Of a stretch of DNA of 64,000 nucleotides, positions 54,201 to 64,000 are shown one piece after another (the first letter of the stretch is position 1; each line of letters opens with the position of its first letter). The DNA is from Amphiscolops sp. MND2022 (taxonomy: Eukaryota), in assembly GCA_964187785.1 (NCBI GenBank), contig OZ076409.1, positions 23,500,001-23,564,000 of the forward strand, in the 5' to 3' direction. The position numbers and the translations under genes are program-made. The notes under the pieces are model-generated. The model was not told the origin of the DNA. It saw only the letters and a list, made by a program, of their open reading frames with translations, and did not search any database.

Positions 54201-55400
54201 CCTTTTAGCCTTAATTTGACCTTGAATTTCTCATTCGTGCCTATGTAGAATCGGTGTCTAATGATTATATCGTGATGATTGACTGAGAGAGTTGGTTTTC
54301 AATGCGGGCACTTTTATCTGGTTGTAGCATAGAGTCCATCCAGTCAAAATTGGTCAGGAATGGACGTCTTGAGTTCCTTCAGAGTACGTTTCGGAATTGG
54401 TGTGTGATGTCGAGGAACCCCAGGGTCCTCTGGTGTAGGGAACTAGTAATTTACCTAAAATCCTCAGGTTTATTAGACTTGATCAACCTACTTGCCAAGA
54501 GAGCAGCGTTTTTCGGATTGTTCTGCAAGTGGTGCCATATGGTCATCAAGTCTATGGGTTTAGCGTATTTCATCTGTTCTGGTGTCAGGATAGGGAAATT
54601 CGCAACTTGTGACCCTCTTTTGGGGGTGTAGGGACTGGCAGTGAAGGTGTTCAGATGAACCTCAACTTGAGCAATGGTCAATGACTAGAGCAGCGCAGAA
54701 AGCTATATCGTTATCATCAGTAAGTGCGTTGCTCGGTTGGAGTTTGTAAGTGACTGTAGTATATTGATGCCATGCCATTAAGACCGGTCTTTATCATTAG
54801 TTGTGAAGGTGGCATTCTCCTTTGTGTAATTAGGCTCCATGAGATTGGTGTATTTGTGGTCTGCTGTTTTCAGTTGCATTGAGAAAACTGGGAGATTCGA
54901 GATCCCCTGTCTCATTTCCAGAATAGTGTTTTTCGAACCAAAGGCCAATAAAGAGACTAGTGAGGTTTTCCATGACCATGATATTTTCATGAAACACTTT
55001 TCGACCAATCTCAAAATTCAATTCGACAGTGCTCTTTGATCAGCTTCTCGGATTGCGCTAGATAGGGCTCCCTTGTCTGCAAGGCCATTCAAAGTTAGTT
55101 CGCCCCAATCCAATGAGGAAAAGAGCATTCGTCGTTTATATTCGAAGCCAATTTTGGTTGTCAGCGGTACATAATCGTGTTCTTCTGTTCTCGTGACTAA
55201 GTCATCACAAAGAGTGCTTCAACGACTGTAGCCAAAGTGACAAAAGATCCCCCACGGTGAACTTCCTTCCCCGTCTCACTTTGAGCTAGTTGGCAAATGG
55301 GGTTACGTTTAGGTTGCCATGGATCAACTCCTTCCTTGACGAAGACCATTATTAGAGCCCGATCATTTTCTTGGGAATCGGCCTCTTTTCCATGCTTTTA
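51285..55400 (-). pseudogene. pol: pol of element D (heavily decayed; boundaries approximate)
   Basis: Integrase GPEDAMQIDLL..AMDVFSRYLF..ITDKGIAFTS..ERAH (52100-52652); RT remnant AQYVDDIG at ~53720-53745; C-terminal KYNL..N..PNF at ~51300. Confidence 0.8.
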
Positions 55401-55720
55401 TATGTCCAAATAGTGATAGAAATTTGGATGATTTTGATTGTAGAGGTTAACGTTCAGTAGCGGTCGAAGCTAGGGTCTAGGTCGATGTAGTAGGGGTTGT
55501 ATTTATCTTTGAATGGAAGAGGTCGTGAGCGGTGAGTATTAGTATGTAGTCTACAGTCTCATGGTCGGCAGTGGATAAATAAGTAGGAGCAGTTGTCATC
55601 TGCTGCTGCCAGTCATCGTTTTAGGTTCTGTGTAATCTTTGGTATAAAACACATTTGAAGATTAAGATATTATATATTGTCTAACTCGAAGTTTTTCATC
55701 AATTTGAAGTCGTGACAAAA

Positions 55721-56788
55721 CTAATTTTTTAGATTGGTGGATGAATCATCAGTTTTTGAAACCTCTATTTTGAAATTTTTGGGATTTAGGTGCGGATCTT
55801 TCAAACACCATTCAGCTTGGTCGTTTGTTTTGTCACAGGAGGGGGGGGCATTTTGGATATTCGTTTTTGGTGGACTGCCCGTCGTTGTGTTTAAGTTCCT
55901 CCTTTCGTTTCAATTTCCGACAGTCGTTTTTGACATGGGTGGTTTCTTGCAGTAATTGCAAGTGGCGCGTGGGTCAATGCCAGGAGAAAGGATGTCGTTA
56001 CCCGGTCGTGTTGCTGTAGGGGCTGCGAACATTGTAGTGACCGGAATATCGTCACCTTCCTCAAATCCATTGAGCTCCAATTAACGCTCTAAGTGCTTGA
56101 CAATCTAGTAGCATTTTGCATGCAAGCCATGTTGACCAAGCGTTTGAGTTTTCGGGGAGTTGGGCGTGGATAAAACTGTCAATCATACCTCGGGCGTTTT
56201 CACCAAACGCTTTTGCTGCATGGGCCGGCCTGATTGAGTTGTTCAAGGAATCTGTGTAGTTTCATGGTTTTTGGGTCAAACACCAGTCTGTGCCGCTTAT
56301 GCTTGGCAGTCGCCTTGGACTCTTGTTCGACGTTTTTTCTTCTGTCCTCAAGAGTTTGCCTGTTTGCTGAATTGATGTTCCGGAAAGTTAGAAGTGCTTT
56401 TTGGCGGAGTAAAGAACTGAAGTGATTTCTTTTCCTTGTTTCCGTCATATCGGATTGCATGTATATCATTGTGTGGAAAAGATCCTCAAATACTTCAAAC
56501 TTTCCTGATTTCCCATCGATTGTCAGTGTGATTGTACTGACTGGGCGTACCATCAGTGTTTGTGCTGATGATTTGTTGTGCATACCAACTAGCACTTCAG
56601 CAAGCAAGGCGATTGATGGGGTCAGTAGATGTGGTATTTAGTGCTGAAGTCTCTGGTACTAAGGGAACATTGTCTGTAGGCTGATTGAGTGACGAATGTT
56701 AGCATTGCAGGTTTTCTCGGGACTGCATGGGTCGTCCTGTCGGAAGTTCAGGAACCGTATGAAGGGTAGGGTTGGCTCCTGTCACCAT
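55721..56788 (-). pseudogene. gag: gag of element D
   Basis: MVTGANP start at LTR/PBS junction; TIDGKSGKFEVFEDLFHTMI..AKAFGENA..IDSFIHAQLP homologous to gag A; ends CTA AAA AAT TAG. Confidence 0.8.
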
Positions 56789-58496
56789 GTCGTTTACCGA
56801 CTTTAAAGCCTGTTCTAGGGTAATTTTCTAGCGTTTCCCGAGCGCTTCTAGTTTCAGGATTCGTTTAAAGCCCACCAGCCTGCTTTCATTTTGTATGACT
56901 TCCTTTCAACTTGACTAGTAATTTCACTATTGAATATTCTACCGTTTTCAACTGTTACTTCACTTGTTTTCTTTACTGTTAGTGTTTAGTAAAGATATAA
57001 AATCTTACCTGTTTGGATTAGTATTTCTCTGTTGTTCTTCAGACCATATATAACTGTCTGTCTAACTCATTTCATCCCTTACATTTTCTTCCTAGTATAG
57101 CTTCCTAACATTATATCCTTGTTTTCCATATCAGACATGACGTTCGAATATCTAAAACGCTTCTTCTTCGCCTCTTGCTCTCTAGTGGAAACATTTCAAA
57201 GGTATTTGCTCTTTCAATTGTAAATTATAGAACAACTCAGAGAAAGCGTCGAATTAATACTGAGTAACAAGAGATTGGAATTGTATTCGCAACTGTGATA
57301 GCAGCACATAATGATCAACGTGTCAGTATCAATTTTGGGAGAAAAGGTGTGCTTTGGACAACAGGTTCCGCAATGAACACTCAGCAAAGCATTACCGGCC
57401 GAATTTTGCTTGTCTTGTTACCAAAAATAGTGACTAGGGTTTCACCAAAGTAGACCCTATTGGGTCACATCAACATCACGTCACCTTTTTGTTATTAACA
57501 GCATCAAACGAAAATGCGGTATAAAAAGCGTAAAATCCCATTGGTTCACGAATTACATGAGAGATTTATGTTTAGTGTTGACATGTTTGTATAACCGATA
57601 ACCAGACGGGAACGTCCAACGTTGGAGCAATATCTAAGGCTCAAAAAGCGAAAAGTCTTTAAATTCGTAAAAAAGGGGACTGTTTCGACTTTTTGAAAGT
57701 CCAGTTTGTTGCAAAAAATCAAAAAAAATGAAGGGGGGCCTTTGGCGACAAAATATTCGAAAACATGTCGCACGGGGCCAAAAAATTCAAAGCGGTACCA
57801 TGTAGTCCCGTTCGGTTTTGTATTTCTCGTTAAAAATTAAGTACACGAAAGGGGGGAGCCTTTGCACTAACTTAGATGTGTTTCCGCTTGCCGGTCCAGT
57901 AGTTTAGTAGTTCTGTAAAAAGTGTGCACTACGCATACATTCTCTTGTCTGACGAAAAAAACTTGCCACTGTAACAGTCGGGCTCATTTTGATAAAATGC
58001 GCCGACTAAAAACACTTCATGTATGTTATTATGAGAGCAAACAGTTAGCATCAGTCTGGTGAGAAAAAGCATAATAGAGCTGGGCTCTGATTGGTTGATT
58101 GCATTAAAGATAGCGTGTATATTTAGCCACAGTATTAGGCCACGTTTCATGCTTTCCATATTTCATGCAAATGGTTCATTGAATTCACTTCACCAATTGT
58201 TTTTCGATTCTAATTACAATTAGTACATCATCAATCAATAGCAATTCATGATTTAAAACAGGCACATATTTGATTATTAAAAAACAAAATGTAACCTCGT
58301 AAGCTAAAATGTATTAGTTTTACTGTAGCCGTACGGACTGAAGGTCCGCACGGTTTAAATAAGGCACAGCCCCATTGGAATTAAATTGAATGCAGCTAGC
58401 TCTACTGTAGGCCCGTACAATTTAAATGGGCAAAACCCCTGGTGGGGGGTTCGTTAGACTGTCTTCGTCTGGGATTCGATAAAAATTACCGTCACA
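56788..58496 (-). repeat. 5' LTR of element D
   Basis: TGTGACGG...AAACGACA then PBS; contains a ~410-bp insertion absent from the 3' LTR. Confidence 0.85.
57600..58010 (-). mobile_element. Helentron-like non-autonomous element inserted in LTR D
   Basis: Absent from sister LTR (empty site ccgataacaacacttc at ~44872); 5' TTTTTAGTCGGCGC, 3' GGACG-TTCC-CGTCT hairpin then GGTT; no TSD. Confidence 0.7.
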
Positions 58497-59055
58497 GGAA
58501 GTCGGCAGCCTGCGACATTTACCAATTCTAATTTTTGTGCAGATGAAATACATTTTCTTTTTTGCTGTCATTCAAAAAAAGAGACAATGCAAGCACTCTC
58601 TTTACACCTACCAAAACAAGTAACACCGAATGTAGACCCTTGAACTACCAAATGAAACTCGATTTGAGAGATATCGCTGTGAACTTTCCTAACGCCAAAT
58701 TCTGAAGGAACCTAACAAATAGTTTTTCAAGTTTCATGGAGAAACTGGTCTGATGAAGAGATGTGAAGGTATTTCAACAAGCAGTTCGATGAAAACAACA
58801 CTTGTACCTGGTTACAGATCTGCGACTATGGACAATGCAGAGTCATAGATAAAAGATTATGAAAAGAAACATGGGAACAATCCTGTCAGCAGAAGCTTAA
58901 AATTATCAACAACAAAAACAATAGTGAAATTTTTCTTTTCCCTCATTTTCAAAAAAAAAACGTGCAAAATGGCAAAGTTGGCATGATGTAGTAGCTGATT
59001 CTATGTATTTTCGTGTATTTATTGAAATAGAGTAAAATAGACTGTTTTAGATATG

Positions 59056-59362
59056 ACAAAAGGTAGTTTTAGAAGAATTCATTAAAATTATAAATTTAGT
59101 TTGTTCACCGTGTGAGGGGCAAACGGAAGAAGGGCCCAATCGTGAAGCAAAAGAAACAAAGATTTCGGCTAACTGCGACTTGAAGAGCGTAATCATTATG
59201 TCACAGGCGTTCAAGGTACCAACCACGCTATCACGTCCTGAATTTAGAAAATTTGTGTTGTCCTGCGACCAAAATTTCACATCACAAGATTGTATATCTG
59301 GTGGTGCGAAAAGTAGAAAAGAAGTTCCCAACAATAGTAATGCTTGGTTACCAGATATCTAG
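59056..59362 (+). pseudogene. possible hAT transposase relic
   Basis: VIIMSQAFKVPTTLSRPEFRKFVLSCDQNF loosely resembles the hAT 'PF..VE.PGFR.F...L.P.Y' segment; weak. Confidence 0.25.
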
Positions 59363-59491
59363 TTCTTGAGACTCTTGGTACGGCTCTCACCAAGATTCCT
59401 AATAAAGATTGGTAGACAATGTTAGAAGTGTCAAATCCATTCTTCCTGTACTGATCTTGAATTAGTTACGGCGGGAAAATTCCGTTTTCCC

Positions 59492-61975
59492 TGTTACGAC
59501 ATGCTATCGAGTCGTTTTGAGTTGAACTTATTCTCACTGACTTTGTAGGGGTATGAAAACTTCTAGTCTCCTCTTCTACTTCTTCCTCAGTATTCTCCCT
59601 GATGCTTCCCCTTGTTTCAGGTTTTAGTAGTTTCAACATCTCTCTCTGGGATTCGGCAAGAAGAGTCTTAATTTCTGATGTTATTTCTTCTTTCAAAGAT
59701 GCTCTCAAACTCTCTAAGAAGCTATTTTCAATTCGAGGAGATTTTGGTCTAGAAGGACCCGACACACCTACGTCTTGGTTTGGACAACAGGGATTTTCTA
59801 CCACTATTGGTGAAACAAAGCCTTCACTTACGTCTCTGTCGCTTTGTTGCTCATTCCTTCTTTTCTGGCTTCTAGTTGTAGACATTTTGAAGAAAAGCTT
59901 TATCTTGAAGAATTGATTTTCCAAAGATAATTTTCAACAAAGTTAGCTGAGATTAGAGTTTAGCGAAATTGAGAATTCAACTGAATTAAACAATTGCAAA
60001 AGACTGAGTCCCTGAGTCAATGAAAATCATCCTATATATACCCTCCTAGCATCATTTGATCACGATTAAAATCCTAATTTTCCTCGAACAATTAGTCATT
60101 TCCTGTATTTTCGATGAAAAAATCATTTTGTTCCCAATTTTACGTCGATAACTCGTCAATTTTTAAGACACGACAATTTCAATCTAGCATTAGTCATCAA
60201 CCACGATCATATCATTTCAGCTCGGCGTCCTTTGCTTTCCTCCCAAGCAGGAAGTAGATATTACTTCAGTCTGTCAAACCGGAAATGATTCCCTGTTTTA
60301 CTGCTTTGGTTCGTAGGAAAATGACGCGGAGATGACGCTGACGTGAACAACTAATACCTGATTTTGAATTTTTACTTGAAGGAAATGCTATGACTAATGT
60401 TTTCAGCTTTGGAATTTCCAATGATGCTAGGAAAAGTAAAGACAAAGCTATGGAATTAGCTTCAATTTTTGAGTTGAATTCCCAATTCAGATAAATAGTA
60501 ATTAAACCAAATTAATGTAACACCAACGTTTACATTAGAAAACTAGAATGATTTGGCAACAGCTCTTGGCTTCTACAAAATTGGCTGAAAAGGTGGACGG
60601 AGCTATGACGTGTTAAAATCAAAGGTATTAACGAGTATGAATTTCGTAATTGAATTCATTCATACTCGAGTTTAAACTTTGACGTCTTAACGTCGTTGGA
60701 TTGAACTAATAAAAGTGAAACAGTCAGTTGCCAAAAGTGGTATGAAAATGATCACAATGAGATGTATAAAAACAACAACAAGCACAGTTATATTGGGGGA
60801 AAACACGAATATGAATATTACAAAAATGTGACCTCATTATTAAAATATAATCTTTGCTGGTTCATAGCCCATAACTTTTCAGATACGTCAGATTGACGTC
60901 AGGTTACACACAATCATATTTATGGTCTGCTTCAAACAGCATAAAATGTACATTAATAACATTCCCCTTTTTGGAATAAAGTGTGACTTTAATTATGAAG
61001 AATATGGAAATCCTAATCGGGTCATTTTACAATGTGATTCCAAAAGATTAGTATTTTTATTGACGGGAACAGGACGTAAATTACCAAGTTTTATCCTTAA
61101 CCTCGTAGAGTTCTAAAACATCTTTAAACGTTTCTTTTCCGTCAAATCCGACATATTAATATTCATTCCGCTGAACTGGATGGATTAAATCAACTATTTT
61201 GATGGATTTTGGACGTAACGCGGACGTACGTATTAAGATTAGCCTTAGTCCGCTGGTATTGGACGTAACGCGGACGTATTTAAAATAAGAATTAGTCCGC
61301 GCCGAGAAGACAACACCGTGACGTCACTATGGCGGATAATTGGAATGATTTTAAGTAGTGCTACTAATATAGGCGGTAAATTGGAATGGTTCTCTAGTGA
61401 GCGCGGACGGAACGGTGACGTCACACTATATACTTTCAAGTCTGCTTCTTACCGACGTTTAATATACATGTATTCTTTATTTTGTTTACTTAGCGCAGTG
61501 CCGACGTCCTAATCCGCACTAACTGCTGTTCAAAGTGCAATTAAGCTGCCTTTCTTAGAAAAGGAGTGGATATCTCAGTGTGTCATCTCGATGTACTTTC
61601 TATTTTAGATTCAGATAATGTCCTTTTCCCAGTAGTGATTTTGGGTATGTTTTCGTTTAGATCGGTCTATGGTCTTTATTTCAAGACGTATACTTAATTA
61701 AGTTTTCAGGTGGCGAATGTTTCTATTTTGACGAGATGAAAACGTCCTGCCGGAAGTGTGTGAAATCATTTTGGCTCATTTTAGTTTCTTTTCTCATTTT
61801 CATTTAAACTTTGCGCACGTTAGACGTACTTTTAGTCACAGTTTATTCTAACATTAGTATGAAAGTTCAAGTCAGTAGCCAAAATACCTTTTCGAAAGTT
61901 TCGCTGTACAGCCGTGTCCTCGTCCGAACCCAATCCGTCTACATCCACAATCCAGTCCGGGAGCGGACTGTGACA
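59492..61975 (-). repeat. long LTR (2484 bp) of element E containing Gag N-terminal ORF
   Basis: TGTCACAGTCCGCTCCCGG...GTCGTAACA; ATG 59885 MSTTRSQKRR..LKEEITSEIK open to the LTR end. Confidence 0.9.
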
Positions 61976-62009
61976 GGGCCACTGTCATGGGTCGTATAAC
62001 TCTCCCGGG

Positions 62010-62636
62010 TTAGCGAAACTGGAACGGCTGATATTGATTGTTTTCTTTGTCGTCTCCTGGAGTACGCTTCACTGCCGCTGACCGTATTGCTGCTTGCTTT
62101 TCCAAGTCGTTTAGTGGACTAATCGGACGTGGAATTACTCTCTTCAGTGGGCCTGGGGGTGTCTCGAAAAGAGAAATATTGTCCTCTTCCCTGTGGATTT
62201 CCTCCAAATATTCGTTGATAATGCAGCTCGTGATCGATTGTGGGCTTGGTGCACGATGGCCTTCCACCACGAACACTTCAGGGTTCGATTTATTGTCGTC
62301 CTCTTCCTGTTCGTCCGGACTGTCTGGACTCTCCTTCATTGAGCTGTATTCAGACTTCGGCGAAGCGTTGTTAAGTTCTCCTGATTCTAGGGATTCGAAA
62401 GACGAACTCAGCCGCATCCTCTTGCAGTCCGCTTCTAACGAGTCCGCTGAGACGTCGAAATACTCTTCTTCGTCAGCTACTGCTCTGGCGGATGAATTTG
62501 AAACATTTAGGATGACTCTAATATTGGGTAGTGACCCACTGGGAAGGGGAGTTGATGATCTCTCGGACGCCTCTGTTTCGTCTTCACTAGCTGACGAGAA
62601 GTCTATTAGCTCGTATATTTCCAGTAGATGGGTCAT
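62010..62636 (-). CDS. acidic Ser/Pro-rich sense accessory ORF of element E (~208 aa)
   Basis: Uninterrupted ORF MTHLLEIYELIDF..DKENNQYQPFQFR ending 34 nt before the 3' LTR. Confidence 0.6.
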   Translation of the reverse strand: MTHLLEIYELIDFSSASEDETEASERSSTPLPSGSLPNIRVILNVSNSSARAVADEEEYFDVSADSLEADCKRMRLSSSFESLESGELNNASPKSEYSSMKESPDSPDEQEEDDNKSNPEVFVVEGHRAPSPQSITSCIINEYLEEIHREEDNISLFETPPGPLKRVIPRPISPLNDLEKQAAIRSAAVKRTPGDDKENNQYQPFQFR

Positions 62637-62744
62637 TTTCTTCAAGAAATTCTTTCTTTCTTTGCAGCTGACTTTTATCTTTTGATTGTTCCTCAATGAA
62701 TTCAGGATTAATTAGGATTAAGGAGAATATTGGGATAAATCCCT

Positions 62745-63050
62745 CCATTCTGATTGGCTATTCAATCATTTTAATCCTTTTCAATTCTCAGATGTTGACG
62801 TTATTCCAACGCCGCTTTTTATTGGCTGCAAATTAAATTAATCCGCTTAGTCAAGATTGTCAACGTTATGCTGACGTCATTATAGGTTATAGGATTAATA
62901 ACCCAATAACCTTTTTGTCGACGTTATGCCGACGTCAATTTCGCTGATTTTCCAATCAACTTTTTGGTGCTGACGTTATGCCAGCGTCAATTTCGTTGGT
63001 GATTTGCCAACTTTAGGTTTTGTCACCGTTATGATGACGTCAATTTCGAA
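62745..63050. promoter_or_regulatory. putative bidirectional internal promoter
   Basis: Five ACGTTATG(C/A)YGACGTCA-like motifs incl. TGACGTCA (CRE-like) and ATTGG/CCAAT boxes between divergent ORFs. Confidence 0.5.
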
Positions 63051-63081
63051 GCTCGTTTTCATTGTTTTGCTTCTTTTTCAG

Positions 63082-64000
63082 ATTCCCTGCTGCTTCGTAA
63101 TGGATTCTCGTCCATCTGTTTCTGTTGGTTTTGACCCAGGAGCTCTGAGTGGTCATGAGACCCAGTTCTTATTTTCGGAAGGAGATGTTCGTCGGAGTGA
63201 CGCAGATGATATTCATGTTTCAGCACGTGGTAAGTTTATCATTCCTTGATCCATTAAGCTTTCGTGAGATATACTGACAACAGATAGGCCTTTTCTGTAT
63301 TTGTATTTCCACAGCTTAGATTTTCTTGACGCGTCGATGTTGGAATGATCTTTTTGGGTGCTGAAGCTACTCCTCCTTCCCCTACTGCCGATGAGCGTGA
63401 GCCACTTCACTCGTCTACTCCTATCGCAGGTTCCTCTTCAGTTCCCGTCCACGTTCCCGTGACGTCTTCCATTGCATTTACTCCCCCGGTTGTTTCTACT
63501 GCAGACTCAGCTTCAACTCTGGGAGGATTTGACGTCCCTCTTACGCAGTCCATTGTCGGGCCTTCTTCTAGGGACGCAGATAAAACTGCGAGTTTCTGCT
63601 CACGTAGGTGAGACAGTATGCCCCCTCCCCAATGAGGAAACGCTACAGGTAGCAGAGACAACACCATCCTGTGGTGCCGCGGGTTCATCGCCGTCCCCTG
63701 GGTTCCTTGGTGGATTCGAGAAAGCACGGGCGGAGTCGTCCAAGAAACGGGCATCGCAGAAAGGTAATGGATTACTGCTGAGTTATATAGTGTATACTTT
63801 GGAGTTTGCTAATCCCATTTTCTATATTGGGTTTTTGATTATGTATTTAGTGCCGAGAGAATTGTCTGCGGTGTTGCCTTTTAAGAGGAGACGACAAGTG
63901 CGCGTTTCAACCGCCGATTTGCAGGTCTCGCAGTTTACTGTCAGCGGTAATGTTGAATTCTTTGTTTTTAAATTCGTTGTGGCGGTTGTTGCAGTTGTTG
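63082..64000 (+). pseudogene. antisense multi-exon gene of element E (5' exons)
   Basis: ttttcag 63081, ATG 63100 (MDSRPSVSVGFDPG), GTAAGT 63230, ccacag 63314, GTAATG 63764, tttag 63850; QK/VPRELSAVLPFKRRR joins in phase; exon 2 has indels/stops. Confidence 0.5.

Larger units (their letters stand above)
44119..58496 (-). mobile_element. large (~14.4 kb) Ty3/gypsy element D with 3' cargo region, old and decayed
   Basis: Diverged LTRs ~44119-45357 and 56788-58496, PBS TGGTGACAGGAG, gag 55721-56788, pol to ~51285, ~6-kb extra region before the 3' LTR. Confidence 0.88.
59492..64000 (-). mobile_element. Ty3/gypsy element E (relative of A): 3' LTR plus 3' cargo region; continues beyond right edge
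   Basis: LTR homologous to LTR A; no TSD around it and coding-like sequence follows, so not a solo LTR. Confidence 0.75.

Noticed and set aside
59492..61975. Solo LTR interpretation
   Set aside because: Flanks (ttccc / gggcc) are not a TSD, and the right side continues with element-like cargo architecture
62038..62685. 215-aa plus-strand ORF
   Set aside because: Ser-rich shadow of the acidic minus-strand ORF; non-ATG start

Overview
AT-rich eukaryotic (animal-like) genomic DNA dominated by nested, mostly decayed transposons around one apparently intact host gene. The host gene is a 4-exon, ~356-aa zinc-dependent medium-chain alcohol/polyol dehydrogenase on the minus strand (42855->25678). 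Its intron 2 (~14.9 kb) holds two Mag-like Ty3/gypsy elements. Its intron 3 is almost entirely a hAT-like MITE that forms the splice donor (introner-like). Elsewhere there are three large Ty3/gypsy elements of one unusual architecture (A: 1-4819, D: ~44119-58496, E: 59492->64000). Their LTRs are 1.2-2.5 kb and encode the N-terminus of Gag (clear in A and E, weaker in D). A and D share a TGGTGACAGGAG PBS and a -1 frameshift site at the gag stop. D and E carry a 3' cargo region with a sense accessory ORF and a divergent antisense spliced gene; in D that gene resembles a BED-finger/hAT transposase with lost catalytic residues. Also present: a 4x ~3.85-kb tandem array, a decayed Copia element with a nested LTR fragment and 3x ~628-bp repeat, a 1056-bp tandem duplication, and Helentron-like non-autonomous repeats. 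All protein family calls come from motif recognition by eye; no searches were run.
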